A stretch of DNA of 60,479 nucleotides from positions 1 to 60,479 of IMG/VR virus record IMGVR_UViG_3300031569_000005; one strand, 5' to 3'. The translations under genes were made by a program, and so were the position numbers. Below, one piece after another: positions 30,001 through 39,166 of this stretch. Source of the stretch: a virus. Lineage: Duplodnaviria; Caudoviricetes. Positions within the stretch are counted from its first letter, which is position 1. Each line of letters opens with the position of its first letter. The notes beneath the pieces were generated by a model. It was given only the letters and a program-made list of their open reading frames with translations, did no database searches and had not been told where the DNA came from.

Positions 30001-30234
30001 TTTAAAAAAATCTGAAACTTGATATACTAATTCTGGAGACATATCTGTTTTTGCATGTACTATATCACCGGCTAAGTATATTATACTATTTTTAGTTTTA
30101 TTTTTTTTAATATATGTATATAACTGTTTAAATACATGTACATATTCTTTATGACGATTAACATTACGTATATGCACATCTGCAACATGAAATATTTTAT
30201 CTATCTTATCTATCCTTATATCTATAACGCGCAT
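27085..30234 (-). CDS. Fused Mre11/SbcD metallophosphoesterase and Rad50/SbcC ATPase (gp47-gp46 fusion)
   Basis: ADVH, AGDIVH, GNHD, HHG, LGDIH nuclease motifs; NMFSY, NASGKS Walker A, coiled coil with CEYC zinc hook, TSGME signature, LAIDEGF Walker B, ISH. Confidence 0.93.
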   Translation of the reverse strand: MRVIDIRIDKIDKIFHVADVHIRNVNRHKEYVHVFKQLYTYIKKNKTKNSIIYLAGDIVHAKTDMSPELVYQVSDFFKKLADLAPTLLITGNHDCNLNNSNRLDALSPIVKALNHPDLHYLKDNDVYCISNIHFNVMSVFEKPVNYIKASDFEGDIKIALHHGAVNSAVTDIGFRISNDHVTTDLFKGHDLTLLGDIHKPAQFLNDEKTIAYAGSLIQQNHGEGLLHGILEWDIPSLTSKFVEIKNLYGYYTFEIENGKILNPSNKIPKRPRLRLKVKSTSSSQLKKVISSIRTKYKVQEISVQKVHTLNEDVNAQKISFGNVRDVEWQNNVITEYLVDNKALSETMLDCVRHINRTVHSKLTDSELTRNVTWIPKYFEFSNMFSYGEDNKIDFTNIHGVNGVFAANASGKSTLLDSLAFCCFDRCSRTVKAAHVLNNKKSMFYCKFNFELDGKQYYIERDGKKQSNGHVKVIVNFWTLDNNGDKILLNGDQRDSTNKIIKKYIGSYDDFILTALSLQNNNTGFIDKSQRERKELLTQFLDIDVFEKQYQIAAEDIRDTSALIREYKRNDYATTLSESEKVINQLTPSYNRMKQEKLEHTNMFNDLNDIIVTLTSELKTISDDVLTPEAAQIKINELTSSLNEFNSLQDDHLNIIKKYDTNLGSLQLELNSYDKLAIEKEIELLESYTRMINEFDNKSRIINTKITHARRMVSKLDDHKWDKDCEYCMANPWLKDTQKAADELPQLENALFEIISKKSEYEEVILKSHAYDSLEVINETQSSITYINNQRDSEQQNLNACLSKIELYDTLIESATEKLNESKQHEADIKFNLQKQRDINDVISERDDLTDQISNLEFNLRTITGKIQVAEESKRQSIESIERLSELEKQYKGYEYYLQSIKRDGVPYKLISKALPQIETEVNNILTQVVDFNMILKTDGKNINGYIIYDDDNFWPLELTSGMEKFIASLAIRTSLINITSLPRPNFLAIDEGFGVLDSENINNIHLLFDYLKSQFGFIMCISHIDTMRDVVDKLIEIKKSNGYSRINYE

Positions 30235-31148
30235 AAAATCTTTTCTTCAATTAATTTTTCTTGAGATAATTTATATGTATTATCTATCATTTCTTGTATT
30301 TTCTCAAATCCCATTTCACTTGGATCTGAATCCGGTAGGTCTACTAAATGTACATCTATACCATTTGCTATAAAATACTCACATGCTTCTAATGCTTGTT
30401 TCTTTGCATCATTATCTAAGCATATATAAATTGTTTTAACATTACGTTTTACTATACGCATTTTTAATGTATTGGATATTGTCTTACCAAATAATGGAAT
30501 GGCATTCCTTTTAATAGCAATTGCATCAAATGCGCCTTCTACTAATATTATTGGCATATTCCAGTTTATATGTAATTCAAATCCTATAATATCTTTTGAC
30601 ACTCCTGGATTTTTATGTTTCCAAGCATCTTCTTCGTAATATGCACGAGATACGAAATAATTTAAATTACCATTTGCATCATGACTAGGAATAATAATTT
30701 TTCCGGAGAATAATCCAGAATCTGCATAACCTATTCTATATTTTAAAATATCATAGATATCTATATTCCTATTTCTAAGATAAAATACTGCATTTCGATA
30801 TTCTGGCGATCCTTTATCAAAATGCCATAGTGGTCGGAATTCTTTAGGTAAGGTTAAAACTTCTGTATTAGTTGTTGTTTTACTAGGTAGGTGGTCTACA
30901 TCGTTAGTTAATTGAATAAGTTTAGATATTTTTTGTCTATCTACATTTAATTTTTTTGCAAGAACTATAATTTTCCTGCCACTAGCATTACAAACCCAGC
31001 AATGCCAATGTTGTGATGATACATTAACTTCCAATTTCTTCTTCTGATGGTTACAGAATGGACAATGGAATGCAATATTATCATTTGAATTTACTTTACC
31101 AGAACCTAAGATTGTTTCCAGTAACGTAATTATCGCAAATTTACTCAT
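30222..31148 (-). CDS. DNA primase (DnaG-type, zinc finger plus TOPRIM)
   Basis: CPFC...HCWVC zinc finger; LVEGAFD, CLDND and DP TOPRIM motifs. Confidence 0.9.
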   Translation of the reverse strand: MSKFAIITLLETILGSGKVNSNDNIAFHCPFCNHQKKKLEVNVSSQHWHCWVCNASGRKIIVLAKKLNVDRQKISKLIQLTNDVDHLPSKTTTNTEVLTLPKEFRPLWHFDKGSPEYRNAVFYLRNRNIDIYDILKYRIGYADSGLFSGKIIIPSHDANGNLNYFVSRAYYEEDAWKHKNPGVSKDIIGFELHINWNMPIILVEGAFDAIAIKRNAIPLFGKTISNTLKMRIVKRNVKTIYICLDNDAKKQALEACEYFIANGIDVHLVDLPDSDPSEMGFEKIQEMIDNTYKLSQEKLIEEKILCAL

Positions 31149-31240
31149 ATATTATTATAATATTATAATATTAGCATTAACATTTAACATGTCAATGTTT
31201 TCTTTCAAAACTATATTTTTCAATAAAAATTTAATTAATA

Positions 31241-31272
31241 TGAATATAATAAAAATTTTTCAAAGAATCAAG
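31241..31272 (-). promoter_or_regulatory. Possible degenerate host-type promoter for primase/nuclease
   Basis: CTTG-N20-TATATTCA; same spacing as the stronger copies. Confidence 0.4.
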
Positions 31273-31675
31273 CCTTTAGCCAACTTTCTGGAACATTTTT
31301 TTCTGCCCATACAATTCCGTGTTTATCACACCAATCGCCATATGTTGTTTTAGAACCCTTACGTATCTTAGTTTTAGCTGATTGAAATACTAATCGAATA
31401 TCTAATTCTGGGTGTTGTTGTTTTATTAATAAATGTTTTTTGCGATCCTCTATAACCCATCTTCCTTTTGTTTCTACTAAAATGCCATTAGGCAATGTGA
31501 AATCAATAGTATATTTATGATGTGTTTCTGGCTTAATATAATTGATTACAGTATCTTCATACCCGAATTTTATTTTTTGTTCTGTTAACTGATCTGAAAC
31601 TTTATGTTCAAATCCAGATCTATAACCATGCTTAATTGCATTTACTCGTACTTTAGATTTTGATCTCCACGACAT
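31268..31675 (-). CDS. T7 endonuclease I-like Holliday-junction resolvase
   Basis: YRSGFE, YTIDFTLPNGILVETKGR, DRKKHLLIKQQHPELDIRLVF, TTYGDWCDKHG. Confidence 0.9.
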   Translation of the reverse strand: MSWRSKSKVRVNAIKHGYRSGFEHKVSDQLTEQKIKFGYEDTVINYIKPETHHKYTIDFTLPNGILVETKGRWVIEDRKKHLLIKQQHPELDIRLVFQSAKTKIRKGSKTTYGDWCDKHGIVWAEKNVPESWLKA

Positions 31676-31688
31676 ACATAACCTTTTA

Positions 31689-31697
31689 TATAAATAT
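31689..31697 (-). promoter_or_regulatory. Putative late promoter ATATTTATA
   Basis: Motif copy 13 nt upstream of the resolvase ATG. Confidence 0.65.
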
Positions 31698-33436
31698 TAA
31701 TAATCCCAACGAACAACGAAATTCATATCAATATCGTTTCGTTTTTGTACTGGTTCAGCTAATTTACCTACAGCTAATAATCTAGCTTTATCATCATATA
31801 ATCCAATAGTTGTTATATAAGGAAATGCAGAACCCGTTACAAACATCGATTTACGAAATTCTCCGGGGCCATTACTATTTTCTTCATCTGTGCATGTATT
31901 ATCATATCCTGTAGAAGGACGATATGTTGCAGATGGATTAACTGATATATTTGCTGCGCCTTTAGGAACTCGTACTAATACTTCATTTTCATAAATAGTA
32001 TGAGTGCCCTTATATTTAACTGTAAAATCATTAGCTATGTTATTTGAACTACTTATAAATAAACTGTTATATTTAGGCATAGGTGATGATATCACTAACT
32101 GACCATTTTTATAAAATACATTACCAGCGGTACTATTTTGATATAAAGACCCGGAAATGAAATTTTGATTAGCTAAAGATGTTATCTGAGTTTGTGTCGT
32201 TGCATAATCATACATCCTAACTTCGGCAATACTTCCTTGAAATGAATCTCCTAAATCACGTCCATGGGATCCTATAAATGTATACGCTGTATTAGATGTC
32301 TCTTTACTAGGGAGTGTTCCGGTTTGTCCGGATTTAGTGCCATTAATATATAAATTACATACCGATGAAGAATTAGTTACTAATACATGCATCCAATCAC
32401 TTCTGTAATTTGAGTGGTGTGCACTAGCTGATATATGTATTTGTGTTGATGCATCACTAGATTGAAAATGTATATGTTGATTATAAAGACTTAATTGAAA
32501 CGGTGTTTTAAATTCTGAAAAATCTCCAATTCCAGGAATAGGCATATCAACCGTCTTATCTCTATCTTTAATAATTCCAGATTCTTTTTCAATATACTTT
32601 TCTGAAAATACTTTACCTTTTGATAATATAGATCCATTTATTAATGTAGTTGTAGGTTTAATATATAATGAAATTGTCCAATCATCACATTTTCCAAAAT
32701 TATTAAATTTATCAGTATCATTTAATTGTATATAACTTACTAAACTACTAGTAAAATATCCTGACAATCCGGAATTCGATCCAGTAGCCGCATTATGAGT
32801 AACTACTACTCCCGGTTCTAATCTCACATTAGAAAATTTAGTTTCGCCATTAAAATTATTTAATAATCCTAAATTTAAAGGAAATTTACGATATAGACTA
32901 TTAAATGACATATGAAATATAGAATTAGATTTTTTTGCAAATGAAGCACTAACAATTGCATGATCTTTTAGATTGCCATAACTATCATCATATAAATTAA
33001 CAGAGTAATCTGGATAATCTCTATAATTTTTTATGTTACTATTAATAGTAAGTGATTTATGCTTAATTTTTTCACCTACAAAGCCATATGGTATAGCCAT
33101 TGTAGATCCGGACATGAACAAAAACTTATCTGTTTTATTTATATTTGTTAATTCTAATGTTTTATCTGGACTAAATGGGTGTCGATAATACTTATGATCT
33201 AAACTATTCCATATAACATGCTGATTCGATTCATCTTGAAAGTTTATATCTTTATCATATTGTGTAAATGTATCGCCAACTGTTTGAGGTATAGTTAAAT
33301 GTGACGCTAATTGTAACACACATCCTTGATCAATATGACTAGAATTTGTTATTGTATAATTTTTGTATGCATAAAACGGCTTATGTTGTACGTCATTTTT
33401 ACGTAATGGCCGGAATACTGTTGGAATAGTTGGCAT
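31697..33436 (-). CDS. Baseplate/tail structural protein with LamG (concanavalin-like) domain
   Basis: WTISLYIK..WMHVLVT..LYING..FQGSIAEVRMYD; C-terminal YITTIGLY..LLAVGKLAEP. Confidence 0.7.
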   Translation of the reverse strand: MPTIPTVFRPLRKNDVQHKPFYAYKNYTITNSSHIDQGCVLQLASHLTIPQTVGDTFTQYDKDINFQDESNQHVIWNSLDHKYYRHPFSPDKTLELTNINKTDKFLFMSGSTMAIPYGFVGEKIKHKSLTINSNIKNYRDYPDYSVNLYDDSYGNLKDHAIVSASFAKKSNSIFHMSFNSLYRKFPLNLGLLNNFNGETKFSNVRLEPGVVVTHNAATGSNSGLSGYFTSSLVSYIQLNDTDKFNNFGKCDDWTISLYIKPTTTLINGSILSKGKVFSEKYIEKESGIIKDRDKTVDMPIPGIGDFSEFKTPFQLSLYNQHIHFQSSDASTQIHISASAHHSNYRSDWMHVLVTNSSSVCNLYINGTKSGQTGTLPSKETSNTAYTFIGSHGRDLGDSFQGSIAEVRMYDYATTQTQITSLANQNFISGSLYQNSTAGNVFYKNGQLVISSPMPKYNSLFISSSNNIANDFTVKYKGTHTIYENEVLVRVPKGAANISVNPSATYRPSTGYDNTCTDEENSNGPGEFRKSMFVTGSAFPYITTIGLYDDKARLLAVGKLAEPVQKRNDIDMNFVVRWDY

Positions 33437-33448
33437 ATCATTTTATTC

Positions 33449-34666
33449 TTAAAAATCTAATTTAACTTTAATAAGTGTTTCTTTTGTTTTATTTTTTAAC
33501 AAAGGTTGACTTAATTTAGCTACTGCTAATAACTCTCTATTATTATTATATAATCCTATTGTTGTAATAAAAGTTTGAGGATCATTAACAAATGTCGTAT
33601 ATCTCAATTCACCCAAAGATCCAGTTACAAATGATGGATTATTTGAATAATTATATTCTGCATTTTTTACTCTTACAAAGTAGAAAGATGATTTAACTTG
33701 TTCCGATGATCTAGCTTGCAATCCATAAGTTCTACCAGCGACCGCAGTCATTGCCCCAGATCCAGATATAGATTTAAACATTCTTTCCATGTTTTTTCCA
33801 TCAGTTGCGTTTGCATTATTCGTTCCAAAAGCAACTTGAGAATCTAATACATCAGCATTTAATATTGCAACTCCATACTCTGGATATAATAATCCATAAT
33901 ATACTGGTGCTGCTGCATTAAATATACTAGTGCCGGCATCAATGGATCCAGATACTAAATTATATACCTTTCCACTTTCTCCAACAGTTCCGGCTTGCGT
34001 AGATGAATCATCTATTATTTCTCTAATATCAACTCCACTAGCTAATCCTGCTTGCGGGTTAGTTGCATTAGCATTCATTTTAGCTAAATTGATTTCAATG
34101 TTTCCGGGATCTATCTTTTCTTTAAATCTAGCTCTATTAAAATTCAATACATATATACTATTAGTATTGACGCCGTTAATTGTAAATTTAAGATCATTAG
34201 GTGCTAATAATATTTGAGCATATTGTTTATAGATTGCTCTAGAAGGAGTATCATCATTCAAATTACCAGTTAAATCTTTAGATCCAGATCCATTAAAATT
34301 ACCATATGCTATAGAAAATTGTTGTCTTCCGGAATTATCTACTACAGTTCTAAAATAACTTTCTTGTATTGCAGTTTGTCCGGATTGGGTCGCCATTGCA
34401 ATCAAACTACCAGTATTACCAGAAAATAATCCGGTTGTTACTGTACTCACATTATTTGATAATATATCGTTTGCAGTATCAAATGTAGTATATACCCTAC
34501 CAGTTGCAGCTGCTAATGCAGCAGCATCTCTTTCTGCAATTATCTGATCAGCTAACTGACGTGCTAATGCTTGGACCTGCGAAACGGCCGCGGAACTTTT
34601 TTCTCTCTGCATGCTGGTGTTTTCATATTTGAAATTACCACTAGTTGAATATGCTTTGCTTGCCAT
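33449..34666 (-). CDS. Baseplate/tail structural protein
   Basis: C-terminal FITTIGLYNNNRELLAVAKLSQP, paralogous to 31697-33436; structural cluster; SD. Confidence 0.65.
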   Translation of the reverse strand: MASKAYSTSGNFKYENTSMQREKSSAAVSQVQALARQLADQIIAERDAAALAAATGRVYTTFDTANDILSNNVSTVTTGLFSGNTGSLIAMATQSGQTAIQESYFRTVVDNSGRQQFSIAYGNFNGSGSKDLTGNLNDDTPSRAIYKQYAQILLAPNDLKFTINGVNTNSIYVLNFNRARFKEKIDPGNIEINLAKMNANATNPQAGLASGVDIREIIDDSSTQAGTVGESGKVYNLVSGSIDAGTSIFNAAAPVYYGLLYPEYGVAILNADVLDSQVAFGTNNANATDGKNMERMFKSISGSGAMTAVAGRTYGLQARSSEQVKSSFYFVRVKNAEYNYSNNPSFVTGSLGELRYTTFVNDPQTFITTIGLYNNNRELLAVAKLSQPLLKNKTKETLIKVKLDF

Positions 34667-34687
34667 TATTTTTTACCCTTTAATTTG

Positions 34688-35377
34688 TTAAGATGATGCT
34701 TGATTTGCGTTTACCGGAACTCCTGGAGTAACTGCTAAAGCCAATTTCTTAACTGTAACACTAATCGATGCTCTACCACCCGTTTCATTTCCTATAATTA
34801 ATATTGTTGCACCTTTATCGGTAATTAATTGATTACCACCAGTAAATTGAAATTCAGTTCCCGATACAGTAACACTTTGTGCTGCTTCACCATCTCCTAT
34901 AAATTGAGGAACACTGGCAGCAGTTTGTTGTGGTGCTGTTCTAGTTGCAATTAAACTACCTGCTTCAGAATCTGATAATATTGCTGTATATCCGAATCTA
35001 GAATTTCCACCATTATAATTTTGTGTTTGAGGTGTAATTGTAATAACTCCACCCGATTGAATTATTGATGATCCAGCTAATCCTGGTATTGTAACAACCG
35101 GTATTCTAGCTGTTCCAGGAGCTAATGTTACTAATTTATATTTCATCATTTGAGTCTCATCTGGTAAAGCCTCTGTAATCGGCATATTTTCAATAGCCGC
35201 TCCATAAAAAGCAGTTCCTAATGGATGTTCTGAATTATATAAATCATAATCTACTTCATCATCTGCTAATGCAAATTGTGAAATTTGAAATTCGTTTCTG
35301 CCTCTTGCTAAAAGTTCTCTTCCTTTTTTGGTTAAGATTGCATCGACAGTTATTGTACTGTTATCTAAGTATCCCAT
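34688..35377 (-). CDS. Baseplate/tail structural protein
   Basis: N-terminal DAILTKKGRELLARG..ISQFALADDEVDY resembles fibre-attachment N-termini. Confidence 0.6.
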   Translation of the reverse strand: MGYLDNSTITVDAILTKKGRELLARGRNEFQISQFALADDEVDYDLYNSEHPLGTAFYGAAIENMPITEALPDETQMMKYKLVTLAPGTARIPVVTIPGLAGSSIIQSGGVITITPQTQNYNGGNSRFGYTAILSDSEAGSLIATRTAPQQTAASVPQFIGDGEAAQSVTVSGTEFQFTGGNQLITDKGATILIIGNETGGRASISVTVKKLALAVTPGVPVNANQASS

Positions 35378-35398
35378 GGTATTATCCTATAATTTTAT

Positions 35399-35407
35399 TA
35401 TAAATAT
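35399..35407 (-). promoter_or_regulatory. Putative late promoter ATATTTATA
   Basis: Motif copy upstream of ATG 35377. Confidence 0.65.
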
Positions 35408-35420
35408 GTACATACTATAA

Positions 35421-38400
35421 TTATCTAACTATTATGTTGCCTGGAAGTATTTTACTTGTTCCTTCACTGGCTCTAGGTTCTTTTGTATATATCAATTGAT
35501 TTGGATTCATTTCAAATATTTCTACTATAGGCCTGAAATTTAAAGCTGCAATACTCGACGGCTGATTGACGCCTGGAGCAGAAATCCGTGAACCTAAATA
35601 TTTAATTGATGTATCCTTAAACATATCATCATCATGATATGCTGCGTCTATCAAACTACGACTATAAAATAATCCCATAGATTGACTAATCGCATGCGCT
35701 TGATTACGTTTTTCTCTATTTAATGAAGAAACTGATCCACTAAAATGGAATACTACTTCTTTTAAATATGCACTTTTTCTATACTGATCAACAACTGTAT
35801 CTAATTCTGTAACAATAGAAGATGTTAAAACACAGTTTACATTAAAATTAAGAGCTATATTTATTGAACTAAATGCTAATGATAGCGGCTTATTTAAAAT
35901 AAAATCAAATGCCGGTCCATATATTCCACTACTAGTAGGTACCGTTTCCGGTAGAAGCATATCATGATCATTTCGTTCAACTCCAGGCCTCTTAGTTAAT
36001 GTCTGTTTAGATCTTTCTAACGCATTAGGGTCAATTAATAATCCAGTTACATCATCAATTCTTTCCGGCAATAATTGTTGAATTTGATTAAATAATGCAA
36101 AATCAAATTGAGTAAAAATTCTTATATATGCATTTACATCACTAGTATTTATAAACTTTTTCCAATAATTTACAGAAAATTGTTTTAATAACGGATAATC
36201 TACTTTAAATTCATCATCCGGATCTCCGATATAATCATCTAATTCTACATCACCTACTTGATTATAAATGTCTTTATTTATCTGATCAGTATAACTATAA
36301 AACAATCCTAATTTATTTGTATCTAATGACGCGTAGTCAAACAAAGAAGTTTCTGCGGTATTTGTAGGTGACAATTGACGTACTAATTTATTATCATCAA
36401 ATCTAATTTTTTGAGACTTAGCACTATTCATACCACTAGAAACACCTTCTATAAAATATGTTTCTTCAACAGGAATAAAATTACCTCTTTTTGAATTGTC
36501 CGGAGTTGAAAATCCTACAGGTGTTGCATTTGCTATCAAATTTGGAAATGGTTGGCTAGATGATATCACAGTTCCGGGCTGACTTAAATCAACTCCAATA
36601 GTATTAGAACCTAATGTATATTGTCTAACTAGTGTATCATATGAACTAGTCGGAGATATTGCACTAACATATGATGTAGGATTTAATGTGTGTCTATCGA
36701 ATGTTTTCTGATCTAATAATTCTAGCCACTCTCTATATTCTTGCATTGATCCAGAAAACGTAGCTGCCCTGGCACCTAAAAAGTTAGTCATGTATGTCTC
36801 AACATTATATGCCGAATCATTTGAACTAGTACTAGCACCTATATAAACTGTATTTCCATTGTCTGCACCGGCACTCGTATTGGACCACGTTTGGTAATGT
36901 CTAGTATTACTCGGAGTAATTGATAAACTAGAAGAAAAGTTAATCTTACCATCAGTTAAATCAGATGCATTTTCTACCTGTAAATTATATGTCGTATTTG
37001 TATTAGATCCGGTATTATAATGATCGCCGGTTGTTGTATAATAATATCTAACATTCCAATATTCTCCATTATATAAAGGTACCCATCCTGTAGATGCTGT
37101 TATAGGCAACCCGTTCTCAGATGATCCTTTTCCTCTACCATATGATACTACCATCCGGCCGAATTCAATACTTCCAGAATATGATCCAGTATGTTCTACA
37201 GCTATTAATGTTAGCGCCTGACCATCTTCATTATTTTGTGAATATACTAACATGTTTTGTTTAGCATATGGCTTAAATCTAAACTCTCTTGTAATAGCAG
37301 GTATTGTACCTCTATCGATACCCCATCCAGTTAATCCGGAAGGTATATAACTAGTAGGATAATTTATATTAGAACCAGAATTAAATTCTACAGCATATGA
37401 AAACTTATCTTCTATTAAAGCTGGAACATCACCGCCTACCTTAGGACCGCCATATTCTCTAATAGATAATATTGAAGATGGAATACCATATATATTCATC
37501 ATTGCATCAATAGATTTTTTAGTTCCTTTAGTCTTTAAAAGATATGGTAAATTATTTACGATACGTCTCCATACCTCTTCTGTAATTGCTTGATCCGATT
37601 GAGAAAATATACTTCCAGTTTGGGCATATGCTCCAGCACTATTCGTGCCTATTTTATATTGCCATAACTGAGATGCCTGTTTTCCATTAGTTAATTCCCA
37701 TCCCATTGACTTGGCAATATCTGGTAATAAATTTTTATCAATTGATAGTTTAGGTTGTTCTTCTAATTTATATACTTTAGTTAACGAATTAATATATGTC
37801 CATAATATATCAAAATGTTGTCCAATCATATTAACAAATAATTCATACTGATCGTTATTTTTATCCAAACGTATATGTTCTGGTATCGATCTTACTAAAC
37901 TAGTATCATTTTCTATATCATATAAAGATGCGGTAGCACTTAAAGAATTAAACCAACTAGTTGCTATTGAAGATGTAGTATGATGTAATTTAAATGAACC
38001 ATTTTGAAAATACTTAGGATATGGTTTAATTACATATTGTTGTGATCCAATATATCCACCGGTGTCTCCATGTGTAGTTAAACTACTAGTAGATTCGTTG
38101 TATAACCAATTCTCAAATCGATCAAATTCTCCTAGGAGACTATCTTTTCGTTTAGTATAATTAGAAATATTTTTTAATGTAGGAGAACTACTACTGCCAG
38201 ACGATGTACTTAAAATATTTAGCTGCTGATCAAAGTATTCTATGTTTTGTAACTTATATTTAAAATTATTTAATCGTTCATTTGCAGATGAATATTGAAT
38301 AAAATTTTGAAAGCCTGTATAATCTAATCCTAAATTAACTCCCATTGAGCCTGAAAAATATGAATCAATTATTTTTTGTGATGTACTTACATTGGTATTT

Positions 38401-39164
38401 AATAATGTGCTCCAAGATTCAAAATCTGTTTCTGTAATAGTATTATATCTAGATTCTATTTCAAAATTAGGGCCTCGTAGGATATTAGGCTTTGCTTCAA
38501 CTGGATCAATATTAATATCTATTTCATCTATAATCGAATCATTATATTGTTCTATTAACCAACATGTATCATTTAATTGAAATTCTACTGGTAATGGTTC
38601 ATATAATCGCATTACCATATCATCATCATTAATCCATTCTTTTTGATTGATAATTTTATAAATTTTATTTTGGCCAAAATTTAATGCAACATCTTCAGTA
38701 AATGCAGATGAATATTTTTCTAAATATCCATTAATAAGTTGTTGCCTAGTCCCTGGATCTAAGCCTTCGATGTCCGGCCGGAGTACAATTTGTACTTCTT
38801 GTCGATCAGGTGAAATATCTTTTATAGTCAATAATGGAAGATCACTACTTCCCATTATTTGTTTGTAGATGTTAACTACAACTTTAAAATAACCTCGTTG
38901 TATATTAATATTATTAAGTTCTGTAACATAATCTATATAAATGTCAGATCCTTTATATATAAAATTTTCTACATTTCTACTAGCTAGTAACTTATTACCC
39001 GTCGGCGAATAGATATGCATTTCTATATATGGCGTCTCTTCTAACTGAACAGATACTTGTTTTAAATTTAAAAATTTAAGAATTTCTTGCTTCCAAACAA
39101 TCCCGGAATTCCTTCCTTTAGATTCTTGTAACTCTTCACTATTTGAATATCTAGTTATTGACAT
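35421..39164 (-). CDS. Large baseplate wedge protein (gp7/gpI-like)
   Basis: LPDIAKSMGW...NLPYLLKTKGTKKSIDAMMNIYG matches the wedge-protein KGT motif; location next to the gp6/gp25-like genes. Confidence 0.6.
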   Translation of the reverse strand: MSITRYSNSEELQESKGRNSGIVWKQEILKFLNLKQVSVQLEETPYIEMHIYSPTGNKLLASRNVENFIYKGSDIYIDYVTELNNINIQRGYFKVVVNIYKQIMGSSDLPLLTIKDISPDRQEVQIVLRPDIEGLDPGTRQQLINGYLEKYSSAFTEDVALNFGQNKIYKIINQKEWINDDDMVMRLYEPLPVEFQLNDTCWLIEQYNDSIIDEIDINIDPVEAKPNILRGPNFEIESRYNTITETDFESWSTLLNTNVSTSQKIIDSYFSGSMGVNLGLDYTGFQNFIQYSSANERLNNFKYKLQNIEYFDQQLNILSTSSGSSSSPTLKNISNYTKRKDSLLGEFDRFENWLYNESTSSLTTHGDTGGYIGSQQYVIKPYPKYFQNGSFKLHHTTSSIATSWFNSLSATASLYDIENDTSLVRSIPEHIRLDKNNDQYELFVNMIGQHFDILWTYINSLTKVYKLEEQPKLSIDKNLLPDIAKSMGWELTNGKQASQLWQYKIGTNSAGAYAQTGSIFSQSDQAITEEVWRRIVNNLPYLLKTKGTKKSIDAMMNIYGIPSSILSIREYGGPKVGGDVPALIEDKFSYAVEFNSGSNINYPTSYIPSGLTGWGIDRGTIPAITREFRFKPYAKQNMLVYSQNNEDGQALTLIAVEHTGSYSGSIEFGRMVVSYGRGKGSSENGLPITASTGWVPLYNGEYWNVRYYYTTTGDHYNTGSNTNTTYNLQVENASDLTDGKINFSSSLSITPSNTRHYQTWSNTSAGADNGNTVYIGASTSSNDSAYNVETYMTNFLGARAATFSGSMQEYREWLELLDQKTFDRHTLNPTSYVSAISPTSSYDTLVRQYTLGSNTIGVDLSQPGTVISSSQPFPNLIANATPVGFSTPDNSKRGNFIPVEETYFIEGVSSGMNSAKSQKIRFDDNKLVRQLSPTNTAETSLFDYASLDTNKLGLFYSYTDQINKDIYNQVGDVELDDYIGDPDDEFKVDYPLLKQFSVNYWKKFINTSDVNAYIRIFTQFDFALFNQIQQLLPERIDDVTGLLIDPNALERSKQTLTKRPGVERNDHDMLLPETVPTSSGIYGPAFDFILNKPLSLAFSSINIALNFNVNCVLTSSIVTELDTVVDQYRKSAYLKEVVFHFSGSVSSLNREKRNQAHAISQSMGLFYSRSLIDAAYHDDDMFKDTSIKYLGSRISAPGVNQPSSIAALNFRPIVEIFEMNPNQLIYTKEPRASEGTSKILPGNIIVR

Positions 39165-39166
39165 AA

